Made by a program: the position numbers and the translations under genes
Notes under the pieces: generated by a model
What the model saw: the letters and a program-made list of their open reading frames with translations, nothing else
What the model was told of the DNA's origin: nothing
Database searches by the model: none
Shown: piece by piece, positions 1 through 8,492 of the stretch
How the letters are laid out: every line of letters begins with the position of its first letter
How positions within the stretch are numbered: position 1 is the first letter of the stretch
NCBI GenBank assembly: GCA_965279515.1
Contig: CBDIID010000003.1
Location: forward strand, 3,104,001-3,168,000
Direction: 5' to 3'
DNA from: Turneriella sp.
GTDB lineage: Bacteria > Spirochaetota > Leptospiria > Turneriellales > Turneriellaceae
DNA: 64,000 bases

Positions 1-207
1 CTGAAGAAGGGCGACGCGGTCAAAGCGGGAGATACGATCGGCCTCGCGGGAGCGACGGGGTATTCACATCCCGATTACCCCCATCTGCATTTCGTTGTGC
101 GTGTGCCCGATCAAAAGAATCGGTTCGGCCGTAAGACTGTACCCACGCTTTTTCGCACGGGCACAGGTGTGAAACTGTTAAAAGAAGGGGAGAGTTACAA
201 GAAATGA
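1..207 (+). CDS. M23 family metallopeptidase, C-terminal part (truncated by window edge)
   Basis: Frame 1 reads KKGDAVKAGDTIGLAGATGYSHPDYPHLHF, the M23 HxH motif; TGA at 205-207. Confidence 0.85.
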   Translation: MKKGDAVKAGDTIGLAGATGYSHPDYPHLHFVVRVPDQKNRFGRKTVPTLFRTGTGVKLLKEGESYKK

Positions 208-212
208 TCTCT

Positions 213-2309
213 TTAATTAAACCAATGCGGCGTTTTTTGCGCCCACTCTGAAGCGGCAAAGTTCTTGTGTAACAGTTGGAAAGCCCTTTTTGAAATCTTG
301 CCTTTCTCCGGAAAGTCGCAACCATAACGTGTGACTTTCACAAGCCGGTGCAGCGCCTCGGCGAGCCACGGCGCCGTCGGTGTTTTTTCGGCGACTGGAA
401 AAATGCGCTCGGAGAAAAATACCGCGGCATTGCCCGCGCTCATCAGTTTTTGGTATTCGCCGCGGCCGTCGGCAAAAGCGTATGGCTTGGTAATTTTTGC
501 CGGATAGAGCTGTGTGAAGAACGTCTCATCGAGGCCGGCATAGATACGGTAGTGATCCCACCCGATATTTTCTTTTTCAGTGCCGCCGAGCTTGCACCAC
601 CAGTTTTCACGGAACGAGTCGATGGTGTCGGTTGAGCCGTCGCGGCCGTGGTGGCCGGCCACATAGGGCACAAGGCCGGGATTTCTGAGCAGTGTCAGCA
701 AAGTCTCTTCGTCGGAGCCTTGCTTTTCCAGGGTCTTCGCGATGTTGCGATCGTTAACGATTAGATACGCCGCGAACCTTTTTGCATCCGCCTCAGATTT
801 GAGGAGTATGCTGCGCACCCAACCCACGCGGGCGATTTCGATCTTACCGGGCTTCGAGAGCGCGGGCGAGGCCATGAGTGCCTCATAGTCTTTGAGCGAG
901 GCATGCTCGGTGAGATAGCGCGCTGCGTCGCTGTCGAAGCCGAATTCATGCTCAGGTTTCTGGTTGTTGACCACCAGCAATTTGCGTTCGAGAACCGCCG
1001 CGGCCTCGGCCAAATTCTGTGCATAACGCAGCTTCACGGCCTTCAGGGCATTCAGCGAACTTGTGTCGCCGGCTTTTGTGAGTTTTTTCTCCAGGGTCTC
1101 AGCGAGCTTCGCGTCATAGCGCAGCGCGAGGCGGTAAAAGGCGATCGTGGTAAAAGCGGGATGGTCCGCGTCGATGCGCGCGGCATCCGTAAGATAGACA
1201 TCCTTCTTCGGCGAGTCGGCACCGAGTTTCGAAAGCACGGCCACGAGCCAATGCGGTTTTTTCGTCTCGCCATACTTACGTTCGGCCATAGCAAGGGATG
1301 CGGCATCCTGCGCCTGAAAGTTGTAGATCCATTGGGCCAGATCGTTGCCTTCGCTCATCAGCTTCGCCTTGTCGCTGCTGGTATTCGACCATTTGCGCAC
1401 AAGATAGCGGAATTCATGCGCGATCTCGACGGGGTTGCCCGTGGTGAGCTCGGCGATCAGGTTACGTGCATAGGACTTTTCATCACGGCGCGCCGCGAAG
1501 AGTTTTTTCAGTTTCTGGACATTGGCCTTTACATTGGGATTGCTCACGGCGGCGATTGTGGTTTCAAGCAGCTTCTCTATCTCCGCAGGCTTGGGGCCCG
1601 CGCCCGCAGCGAATTCCGTGAAGGCACCGGTCTGGCGCATGCGCGTGCGCACCATCATGTAGCGCGCGACGTCGCGGTGCAGGGAATTGCCTTTTGCGAG
1701 CGCTTCAAAACCCGCATAGGCCTTGTCGTATTCGTCGCGGTAAAAATAAAATGCCGACTGCTGGTAGAGAAAATCATTCTTCACCGCCTGCGGTGCATCC
1801 TTCGCGGGTGGCGTCAGCTGGCCCTTTTTTTCACTGCAGTTGGCGAAAACGACGTCTTGATTCTTGAGCCAGGTTTTGCCGTGGGTTGACTTGGCGCGCG
1901 CCGGCAACAGTTCGCGCGCATAGTGCAGCGCATCGCCGTGGCAGTTGGTCACATAGCGGTATGTGCCCGCGGGTTTATAGGGGGTCACCTTTTCTGCCGC
2001 GGCATCGGGAAAGAACTCTTTGCGCGCTTTGGCCCAGAGCGCCTCTTCATCCACATCGGTTTTTTGCGCTTCCACAAGGGCGATCGCGCGTGCGGGGTAG
2101 CTGGAACCTGAAAGCAGGGGATAGACCAGCGTGAGGTAGTCAGATTTGAAGGTGGCAAGAACAATGCCCGGCTCGCGCATACGCGCAGCATAGCTGCGCG
2201 ACGAACCCTCGGCATCGATCATCGGTGATTTCTCGAAAAAAGGTCCGCAGGGATAGAGGGCTGTGTGTAGCGCGGCGACGACGGCGAGCGTTTTAGCGAA
2301 GGTTTTCAT
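213..2309 (-). CDS. Large exported helical protein, partner of the DUF3142 gene
   Basis: Likely start MKTFAKTLAVVAALH at 2309 (signal peptide then CGPFF); C-terminal PWLAEALHRLVKVTRYGC..WAQKTPHWF; overlaps the DUF3142 gene. Confidence 0.7.
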   Translation of the reverse strand: MKTFAKTLAVVAALHTALYPCGPFFEKSPMIDAEGSSRSYAARMREPGIVLATFKSDYLTLVYPLLSGSSYPARAIALVEAQKTDVDEEALWAKARKEFFPDAAAEKVTPYKPAGTYRYVTNCHGDALHYARELLPARAKSTHGKTWLKNQDVVFANCSEKKGQLTPPAKDAPQAVKNDFLYQQSAFYFYRDEYDKAYAGFEALAKGNSLHRDVARYMMVRTRMRQTGAFTEFAAGAGPKPAEIEKLLETTIAAVSNPNVKANVQKLKKLFAARRDEKSYARNLIAELTTGNPVEIAHEFRYLVRKWSNTSSDKAKLMSEGNDLAQWIYNFQAQDAASLAMAERKYGETKKPHWLVAVLSKLGADSPKKDVYLTDAARIDADHPAFTTIAFYRLALRYDAKLAETLEKKLTKAGDTSSLNALKAVKLRYAQNLAEAAAVLERKLLVVNNQKPEHEFGFDSDAARYLTEHASLKDYEALMASPALSKPGKIEIARVGWVRSILLKSEADAKRFAAYLIVNDRNIAKTLEKQGSDEETLLTLLRNPGLVPYVAGHHGRDGSTDTIDSFRENWWCKLGGTEKENIGWDHYRIYAGLDETFFTQLYPAKITKPYAFADGRGEYQKLMSAGNAAVFFSERIFPVAEKTPTAPWLAEALHRLVKVTRYGCDFPEKGKISKRAFQLLHKNFAASEWAQKTPHWFN

Positions 2310-3003
2310 GGATGCGGGCGAGCATTTGGGTAACGTCTTCGCGACGCCAAGCACGATTGCTAAAGAGATAGTACGTCTTTGCCTGGGGCAAAATCGGGTA
2401 GATCTCGTAAGTGGCGAGACCCACGGCATTCTGGCAAGGGGAGTCTTGCGGCAGGGCGTGGCGCGCACCACTATTTTTATGCGAAGGGTCGAAAAGCATG
2501 GGGACGACTTCGGCAATGTCCAAGCCCGCGAGCCAGTAGTCGCGGCCGCACCAACTCGCCAGCGCCGTAACAGACAACCGCAGCTTGGGATTTTCCTCTT
2601 TAATGGAGTGTATTAGACTCTTGTAGAATTCGCGCTGCGAATGAAAGACTTCGAAGTCGAGCTGCAAGGCCTCGGCCCCGCTGTTGGTCACGAGTTGCCG
2701 TATGGCATCGAGAATCAGCCGCTGCTGTGGAATTCCATAGCTATGCTGGCGGTGTGCACGCACATGCAGCACGGGCAGGGTGGGATGCCCCCCGGGTAAA
2801 AGGAGCGGTTTTGTGCGCGGCCGGAACACCGGCCTTTTTGCACCCAGATCGATTTCGCCCGCAAAGTAGGCGACGCCGGTTTCGTTACCCAGAAAGCGTA
2901 AATCTTCGGGGCGATCCCATGCCCAGAGATAGATGCGTGGCTCGGCGGCTAAGGCCGAAACCGTAAAAAGCAAGAGGCCGATGCCGCGGCGCATCATGGT
3001 CAA
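2293..3003 (-). CDS. DUF3142 domain protein (TIM-barrel/GH18-like)
   Basis: Motifs LWAWDRPEDL, LQLDFE, LSVTALASWC, EVVPMLF; signal peptide. Confidence 0.8.
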   Translation of the reverse strand: MTMMRRGIGLLLFTVSALAAEPRIYLWAWDRPEDLRFLGNETGVAYFAGEIDLGAKRPVFRPRTKPLLLPGGHPTLPVLHVRAHRQHSYGIPQQRLILDAIRQLVTNSGAEALQLDFEVFHSQREFYKSLIHSIKEENPKLRLSVTALASWCGRDYWLAGLDIAEVVPMLFDPSHKNSGARHALPQDSPCQNAVGLATYEIYPILPQAKTYYLFSNRAWRREDVTQMLARIHENLR

Positions 3004-4277
3004 TAGCCGTACTTTTCGCCCCAGAGTTTTTTCAATTGCTCGCGGATTTCGCGTTCGCGGGCGTTATTGCCGGGTTCAAAAAGTTTCGTGCCCATAATCT
3101 TTTCGGGCAGATATTCCTGCGCCGAAAACCCTCCGGCTTGATCGTGTGAGTATTGGTAGTCTTTGCCATAACCGATATCTTTCATGAGCTTGGTCGGCGC
3201 ATTGCGCAGGTGCAGCGGCACGGGCAAATTACCGGTTTCGCGTACCACATTCTGCGCGGTGTTGATCGCCGCATACGAGGCGTTGCTCTTGGGTGAGGTC
3301 GCAAGATAGGTCGCGGCTTGGGACAGAATAATGCGTGCCTCGGGATATCCGATCATATTCACGGCCTGGAAGCAGGTCGTGGCGACGACGAGCGCGGTCG
3401 GGTTGGCATTGCCGATATCTTCAGAGGCCGCAATCACCATGCGCCGCGCGATAAACAGCGCGTCTTCGCCACCCTCGATCATGCGCGCGAGCCAGTAAAC
3501 CGCGCCGTTGGGGTCGCTGCCGCGGATCGACTTAATGAAGGCGGAGATGATGTCGTAGTGGTTGTCGCCCGCCTTGTCATAGAGCACGGGATTTTGCTGC
3601 ACGAGTTCGAGAACTTTCGCGTCGGTGATTTCGATCGGGTCGCCGGCGATGCCATCGATCACGAGCTCAAATACATTGAGCAAACGCCGCGCATCGCCGC
3701 CCGAAAGTCGGAACAGGGCTTCGGTTTCGGCGAGCTCAATTTTCCGCGTTTTGAGAAAGCTGTCCTTTTGCATCGCGGTAGTTAATAACGAGAGTAAATC
3801 CGCCTCATCGAGATTTTTCAGAATGTAGACCTGGCAGCGCGACAAAAGCGCAGAAATCACCTCAAACGAAGGATTTTCCGTTGTGGCGCCGATGAGCGTG
3901 ATCTTGCCGGTCTCAACCGCGCCGAGCAGCGAATCTTGCTGCGCCTTCGAAAAACGGTGGATCTCGTCGATGAACAGCACGGGCTTCTCGGTAAAGAGCC
4001 CGCCGCCCGAGGCCTTCTCGATCACCTCGCGGATATCTTTGACACCCGAGTTGATCGCGCTCAGCGCATAGAAGGGGCGCTTCAGCTCGCCCGCAAGAAT
4101 ATGCGCGAGCGTCGTCTTGCCAACGCCGGGCGGCCCCCAGAGAATAATCGAAGGCAAATTCTTACTCTCAACCGCGCGGCGCAGCACAGCACCCTCGGCG
4201 ACGAGATGTTTCTGCCCGACATAATCGGCCAACGACTTCGGCCGCATCCGTTCGGCGAGGGGAATTGTGGATTTCAT
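3000..4277 (-). CDS. rarA: Replication-associated recombination protein A (AAA+ ATPase)
   Basis: PLAERMRP, Walker A GPPGVGKTT, FIDEIHRF, SAFIKSIRGSD, ASEDIG, PVPLHLRNA. Confidence 0.97.
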   Translation of the reverse strand: MKSTIPLAERMRPKSLADYVGQKHLVAEGAVLRRAVESKNLPSIILWGPPGVGKTTLAHILAGELKRPFYALSAINSGVKDIREVIEKASGGGLFTEKPVLFIDEIHRFSKAQQDSLLGAVETGKITLIGATTENPSFEVISALLSRCQVYILKNLDEADLLSLLTTAMQKDSFLKTRKIELAETEALFRLSGGDARRLLNVFELVIDGIAGDPIEITDAKVLELVQQNPVLYDKAGDNHYDIISAFIKSIRGSDPNGAVYWLARMIEGGEDALFIARRMVIAASEDIGNANPTALVVATTCFQAVNMIGYPEARIILSQAATYLATSPKSNASYAAINTAQNVVRETGNLPVPLHLRNAPTKLMKDIGYGKDYQYSHDQAGGFSAQEYLPEKIMGTKLFEPGNNAREREIREQLKKLWGEKYGY

Positions 4278-4522
4278 TTTGGTGTTGAGAATGACCGTAA
4301 CGGTATTTTCATCTGACCCCTCAAGCTATCTATTGTCAATTTTTCAGGGTTTCTCTCGGTTTTAGGCTGGAAGCCGCTGGGGAATTATGTCGCATTTTGG
4401 GTAATAGCCGATGGCAGAGTCTGTTTTTAGGGCAAATACGATTTGACGTAAGGTTCTCGCGGTTCGGTCGTGGGAAAATGTCGCCGAGTATTCAGGTTAG
4501 CGTGTGCATTAAGGAATTTTTG

Positions 4523-4807
4523 ATGCCACTTGTCAGAGATGTTTTGGTGCTGGGAAAGCAGGCGGCTATTGGGCCCGCTGCGATGAGCAGGGCATTGAAT
4601 TTTTTGCATGCCCGGAAATTTACATTGCTCAGCATCGAGGATGAAGTTATTGAGGGTGTTTTCATCAGGGATACGTTGCTCAAAAAAATTCCAGAACAAA
4701 AGGTGATTAGTCTCATATTGCAGCATGTTAAACCGACGATGCAGGAATCGGAGATTCTTAAGATCGATCTGGATGTAGAACTGCGTATAGAGGATGTATT
4801 CCTGTGA
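4523..4807 (+). CDS. Hypothetical protein
   Basis: AAGGA RBS before ATG 4523; stop overlaps the start of the kinase gene (GTGA). Confidence 0.7.
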   Translation: MPLVRDVLVLGKQAAIGPAAMSRALNFLHARKFTLLSIEDEVIEGVFIRDTLLKKIPEQKVISLILQHVKPTMQESEILKIDLDVELRIEDVFL

Positions 4808-5874
4808 CACAAGCAGCGCTTTTGACGGAAGTTAAAAATTGTGTTTGCGTGAAATTGTTTGATCGTGTCGCCGAATGCACTGAGATTGAAGGTGACAGGG
4901 AATCTACACACTTTGTTGTGATGGCCGAGCACGGATTTGATAAAGTCGTCGCGCCTTCTGATTTGCCCCGCTTTCCGAATTTCCGGGTTTTTGCAGATAT
5001 CAAGCCGCGGAGCAAATGGGCCCTGCTGGAAAATTTCGAAGATGTAGAGAAAATCGATCGCTCAGGTTATTGCGGTGTAGTGCATTTTAACAAGAGCCAG
5101 GGGCGCCACGTGCTCTACCGGTTTCTTGATGAGGAAGCGATGTCTGTTGCCGCGCGGGTTGAGAAGAGTTACGAAGATTACCTGGCCTTTCTCGCCCACG
5201 AGTTCCGCAATGTTGCGCATGGAGTTCTGAAAATCAGCGAGGTTAATTTTATGAAATTCAATCCCGCTGAATTTTTGAAGGTCGTGGGCGAAAAAATAAC
5301 GCAACTTACCTCGGTTTACCTTGTACCGGACAGGAAAATGCAGTATGCCTCTGAGGCTTCGTATGCCACGAAGATTTCTTTGGCCCGATTCGTAAGAAAT
5401 GCCCAATTGATTGTGGAGCCGTCCGCAATCGCCGCTGGCGTGAAAATCTCAACCTTTGTTTGCGCAAGGGCGCATGAAAAAATCACGATCTCCGAAACTC
5501 ATCTTCTTCAAGCGCTCGTGAATTTGCTGCTGAACGCGATACGCTATGCCGGTTTTCATGCCAATGTGCACCTTAATGCCCGGCTGGAAACCGATGGGTC
5601 TGGTCTGGAAAGCGTATGCTTCGCCGTTTCGGACGATGGCCCCGGCATTATCGAAGCTGAACGCGAGAAAATATTCGAGAAGAAGTACCGCGGACGCGAG
5701 TCCAGTAGCGTCGCCGGCTCGGGTTTGGGCCTATCTATTGTGCAAGATATGGCGCACAGGGTTGGTGGTGAGTGCGGCGTAAATTCACCCCCTGAGCTGT
5801 ACCTTGTACAACCCGGAAAAGGTGCGGAATTCTGGATTCGTGTACCGTTAGCCCGGGATTTCAAGGTTGCTTAA
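4804..5874 (+). CDS. Cytoplasmic sensor histidine kinase
   Basis: H-box AHEFRN, N-box NLLLNAIRY, G1 DDGPGI, G2 GSGLGL. Confidence 0.9.
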   Translation: MTQAALLTEVKNCVCVKLFDRVAECTEIEGDRESTHFVVMAEHGFDKVVAPSDLPRFPNFRVFADIKPRSKWALLENFEDVEKIDRSGYCGVVHFNKSQGRHVLYRFLDEEAMSVAARVEKSYEDYLAFLAHEFRNVAHGVLKISEVNFMKFNPAEFLKVVGEKITQLTSVYLVPDRKMQYASEASYATKISLARFVRNAQLIVEPSAIAAGVKISTFVCARAHEKITISETHLLQALVNLLLNAIRYAGFHANVHLNARLETDGSGLESVCFAVSDDGPGIIEAEREKIFEKKYRGRESSSVAGSGLGLSIVQDMAHRVGGECGVNSPPELYLVQPGKGAEFWIRVPLARDFKVA

Positions 5875-6061
5875 ATCTCTGCAGAACCTCTTCTAATCGC
5901 AGCGTCTGCATGGCGCCGACAGCATTCTCCCAGCGCCCCTCTGCACACAGCCCACTCACACCCGCAGCCTCATACGCCGCCTGCGCGGCAGCAATACAGG
6001 CATCGCGCACCACCGCAGCCAGCTCATCAGGGCTCAACTCTGATCGTAGTTTACCGGGCAT
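5861..6061 (-). CDS. Small conserved protein (66 aa); its 5' end is the first array repeat
   Basis: MPGKLRSEL..VRDACIAAAQAAYEAAGVSGLCAEGRWENAVGAMQTL resembles a widespread small family often loosely labelled acetyltransferase; ATG at 6061 lies inside repeat R1. Confidence 0.75.
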   Translation of the reverse strand: MPGKLRSELSPDELAAVVRDACIAAAQAAYEAAGVSGLCAEGRWENAVGAMQTLRLEEVLQRFKQP

Positions 6062-6090
6062 GGGGTAGGGACGCGGGTGGAATCGGCGCG
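6042..6090 (+). repeat. Array repeat R1
   Basis: GATCGTAGTTTACCGGGCATGGGGTAGGGACGCGGGTGGAATCGGCGCG. Confidence 0.9.
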
Positions 6091-6121
6091 TAAAGATTGT
6101 TAGGGGGAGCCGCATAGATAT

Positions 6122-7048
6122 ATGAAAACACTTCAGATTCATGATTTTTCAAAAATTTTGGATAAATTTGATCGAAAGGATAACATGTCTTCACCAAAGA
6201 TATATGATACTGCAAAAGCTGAAAATTTCAAGAACGAATTCGAAAATTTAGCGAAGACTCTCCAAGCCGATAAATACTGCGTAGTTGGAATCGATATACT
6301 TGGTTATAGTCAATATGAATTTGAAACTCAGGCAATAATTCCACCAGTATTTAAAATACTATTGGATGAGGTCCTCAGACACCTTGTGGGTGCTGAATAT
6401 TTTCTGTTTCATTCTCACACAGAGACTGATCTGCGAAAAAAATTTATTTCTACCGGGGATGGTGGATTCTTGGTTTTGGAAAATCCTCTACAAGGTTTGA
6501 TATGTGCCCTTAAATTTGCCTCGATTCTCCATTTGTTTAATTCTTATAGTTTCTATCCAAGTATGCGCAAGTATTTAGGGGAACTTAAGGTTCGTTATTG
6601 TTTAACCTATAACTCAGTTTTTGAGTTTGAAAGTAACTTCTTTGGATCGGGCCTTATAAACAATGCTCGAATTATGTCACGCGATAAGCTTGACCGCTGT
6701 CTAATGGATAAGGATTCATATACTTGGTTCCTCGAAAAAATAAATGGTCTTGAATCTTTGCAAATATTTGACATGAAAGAAATTTCCGTAAAGCTCGGTA
6801 TTCCGATTCCTAGCCTACCGAAGGGGCCTTTTAGCTACTCAGGAATATTGAACACGCCTTTTGACAAGCCTCGGCTGCGCGCCATAGTGACCCAGAAAAT
6901 CGGATCGGTAAAAGCTAAGGCTCAATTGCTCGACGTATACAACCTGTTCGTCCAAGTATCAACCACTTATCTGGAGGAAACCACTCATGAGCCAGACAAC
7001 TATGTTGTGAATTTAGGAAATCTCAATACGGTCGGTATCGCCGATTGA
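6122..7048 (+). CDS. Class III nucleotidyl cyclase-like protein (cassette)
   Basis: GIDILGYSQ, STGDGGFLV, NFFGSGLINNARIM match the metal-binding Asp and N-x3-R motifs. Confidence 0.65.
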   Translation: MKTLQIHDFSKILDKFDRKDNMSSPKIYDTAKAENFKNEFENLAKTLQADKYCVVGIDILGYSQYEFETQAIIPPVFKILLDEVLRHLVGAEYFLFHSHTETDLRKKFISTGDGGFLVLENPLQGLICALKFASILHLFNSYSFYPSMRKYLGELKVRYCLTYNSVFEFESNFFGSGLINNARIMSRDKLDRCLMDKDSYTWFLEKINGLESLQIFDMKEISVKLGIPIPSLPKGPFSYSGILNTPFDKPRLRAIVTQKIGSVKAKAQLLDVYNLFVQVSTTYLEETTHEPDNYVVNLGNLNTVGIAD

Positions 7049-7075
7049 TGCAACGTTTGGCGCAACTTTCCAACC

Positions 7076-7176
7076 ATGAAACAGATACGAATATTTTTTT
7101 TGGGATGCTCATTCTAAGCTGCAAAGATTCAAATGAGAACTTAACTACGCCAAAACAAAGTAAAACAAGCAAGCTT
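7076..7176 (+). pseudogene. Truncated, frameshifted lipoprotein gene remnant
   Basis: Adding one T to the T8 run gives MKQIRIFFFGMLILSCKDSNEN (lipobox-like); runs directly into half-repeat R2. Confidence 0.5.
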
Positions 7177-7200
7177 GCAGGTGGAATTGGCGGGGGAGGG
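7177..7200 (+). repeat. Array repeat R2 (3' half only)
   Basis: GCAGGTGGAATTGGCGGGGGAGGG. Confidence 0.85.
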
Positions 7201-7205
7201 GCGAC

Positions 7206-7499
7206 ATGAAATATCAGCTAGTGCTTCAATTTCCCGAGCCAAGGGAAGATCCTTTCGATTTTATTGAGCGCCTTAGCGAAGAGATTGAGGCAAATCTGAA
7301 GCATGTCTCAGATTTTGATGGGCATGATATTGGTCAGGGTGAAATTAATTTTTTCATTCGCACGGATTGGCCTGAAAGAGAATTTGAAAATCTCTTTAAC
7401 CTATTAGATACGAAAGAATTAAGAGCTGGCTATCGAGATTTTGATGAAGACGAGTATAAAAGTTTGTTTCCCCACGGCTCAAAATTTCAAGTTAAATGA
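7206..7499 (+). CDS. Small acidic hypothetical protein (cassette/immunity-like)
   Basis: MKYQLVLQF..DGHDIGQGEINFFI; starts 5 bp after R2. Confidence 0.8.
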   Translation: MKYQLVLQFPEPREDPFDFIERLSEEIEANLKHVSDFDGHDIGQGEINFFIRTDWPEREFENLFNLLDTKELRAGYRDFDEDEYKSLFPHGSKFQVK

Positions 7500-7549
7500 A
7501 ATAGTCGCAGGGAGGGGGTAGCGTCAGCAATGGCCTGAGATAGACATGT

Positions 7550-7996
7550 ATGGCAAAATATACATATAGCGAGTATCCACCAACCTTAGCCGAGGCCAGC
7601 ATCCCATATGCGGAATTTTTGAAGACGCAAAATTTACCGGGCCAGATAATTTGGGTAAGGCCATCACAAATTTTAATTTGGCGCCGAACCTGTTATGTAA
7701 AGAATCCAGGTAAGAACAGCTCAGAAGTTAACGATTTGTATAAAAATAACTATAAACGCTTTGGAGCACGGGTTGATGGTCTCGGACCTTTAGATAATCA
7801 AGTAGTAGCTCAAATTACAATGCCATTAAATGATCTGACAGCCCAATATCGTCAGGTCGGGACAAGTCACTTAGGCTACAGTATGCTAGTTGAGCCCATT
7901 AGATGCAAAGCTGTGCATTCCAATCTATTCTGGCGCGTTTTGCAGATGCTTGGGGCTCGCCATTGGGAAGAAGAGCCCAACCGCTTGCTGATGTAA
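7550..7996 (+). CDS. Hypothetical protein (cassette)
   Basis: 148-aa ORF co-oriented with the array. Confidence 0.7.
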   Translation: MAKYTYSEYPPTLAEASIPYAEFLKTQNLPGQIIWVRPSQILIWRRTCYVKNPGKNSSEVNDLYKNNYKRFGARVDGLGPLDNQVVAQITMPLNDLTAQYRQVGTSHLGYSMLVEPIRCKAVHSNLFWRVLQMLGARHWEEEPNRLLM

Positions 7997-8058
7997 GATC
8001 GAGGCACGACTACAATCAATACGCGCCAGTAGCGGAGAGCTCACGCAGAGTTTTTCCA

Positions 8059-8114
8059 ATCGTAGTTTACCGGCCACCGTGTGTGGGCGCGGGTGGACTG
8101 GCGGGGGGGGGGGG
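8059..8114 (+). repeat. Array repeat R3, ending in a G12 run
   Basis: ATCGTAGTTTACCGGCCACCGTGTGTGGGCGCGGGTGGACTGGC followed by G12. Confidence 0.92.
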
Positions 8115-8141
8115 CGAAACCCCCAAGAAAGATAGAACAAC

Positions 8142-8390
8142 ATGAGTGAAATAATTCAAGCCCATCAGTATTCAACTAATAACAGAAAATTAATTGAAAA
8201 TAGCTCACTTTGTGGTTGTTATTATTGTAAAAAAATATATTCAGCGGTAGAAGTTACAGATTACTTAGCGGAAGGCTCTGGTACTGCGCTTTGTCCGAAA
8301 TGCGGTATCGATTCTGTTTTACCTGATAAGAGCGGCTTTCAAATAACAAAGGATTTTTTGAAGTCAATGCATGCGTATTGGTTCTCATAG
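8142..8390 (+). CDS. Small Zn-binding Cys-rich protein (cassette)
   Basis: CGCYYC and ALCPKCGIDSV, ending HAYWF. Confidence 0.85.
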   Translation: MSEIIQAHQYSTNNRKLIENSSLCGCYYCKKIYSAVEVTDYLAEGSGTALCPKCGIDSVLPDKSGFQITKDFLKSMHAYWFS

Positions 8391-8404
8391 GAATAGGATA
8401 TTCC

Positions 8405-8454
8405 GATCGTGGTTTACCGGCCGCGGGACGTGGGCGCGGGTGGATTGGCGGGGG
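8405..8454 (+). repeat. Array repeat R4
   Basis: GATCGTGGTTTACCGGCCGCGGGACGTGGGCGCGGGTGGATTGGCGGGGG. Confidence 0.92.
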
Positions 8455-8492
8455 CGTCAGATTCGGCGGCTCAATTCCAGTAACCAGGGAGG

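Noticed and set aside
903..1889. 328-aa plus-strand ORF and similar antisense ORFs over carB, cheA, ligA and the hybrid kinase
   Set aside because: Shadows expected from GC-rich codon bias.
3000..4277. rarA as the array recombinase
   Set aside because: It is a housekeeping AAA+ ATPase with no known site-specific activity; the proximity is probably coincidental.
6098..6112. GTTAGGGGGAG as an attC/attI core, and attC-like fragments near 7050 and 11062
   Set aside because: They are short, lack matching inverted partner boxes and are not present at every junction. A distant integron origin cannot be excluded.
7505..7525. Possible extra repeat remnants at 7507 (GCAGGGAGGGGG) and 12822 (CAGTAGCGG)
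   Set aside because: Too short and degenerate to count as copies.
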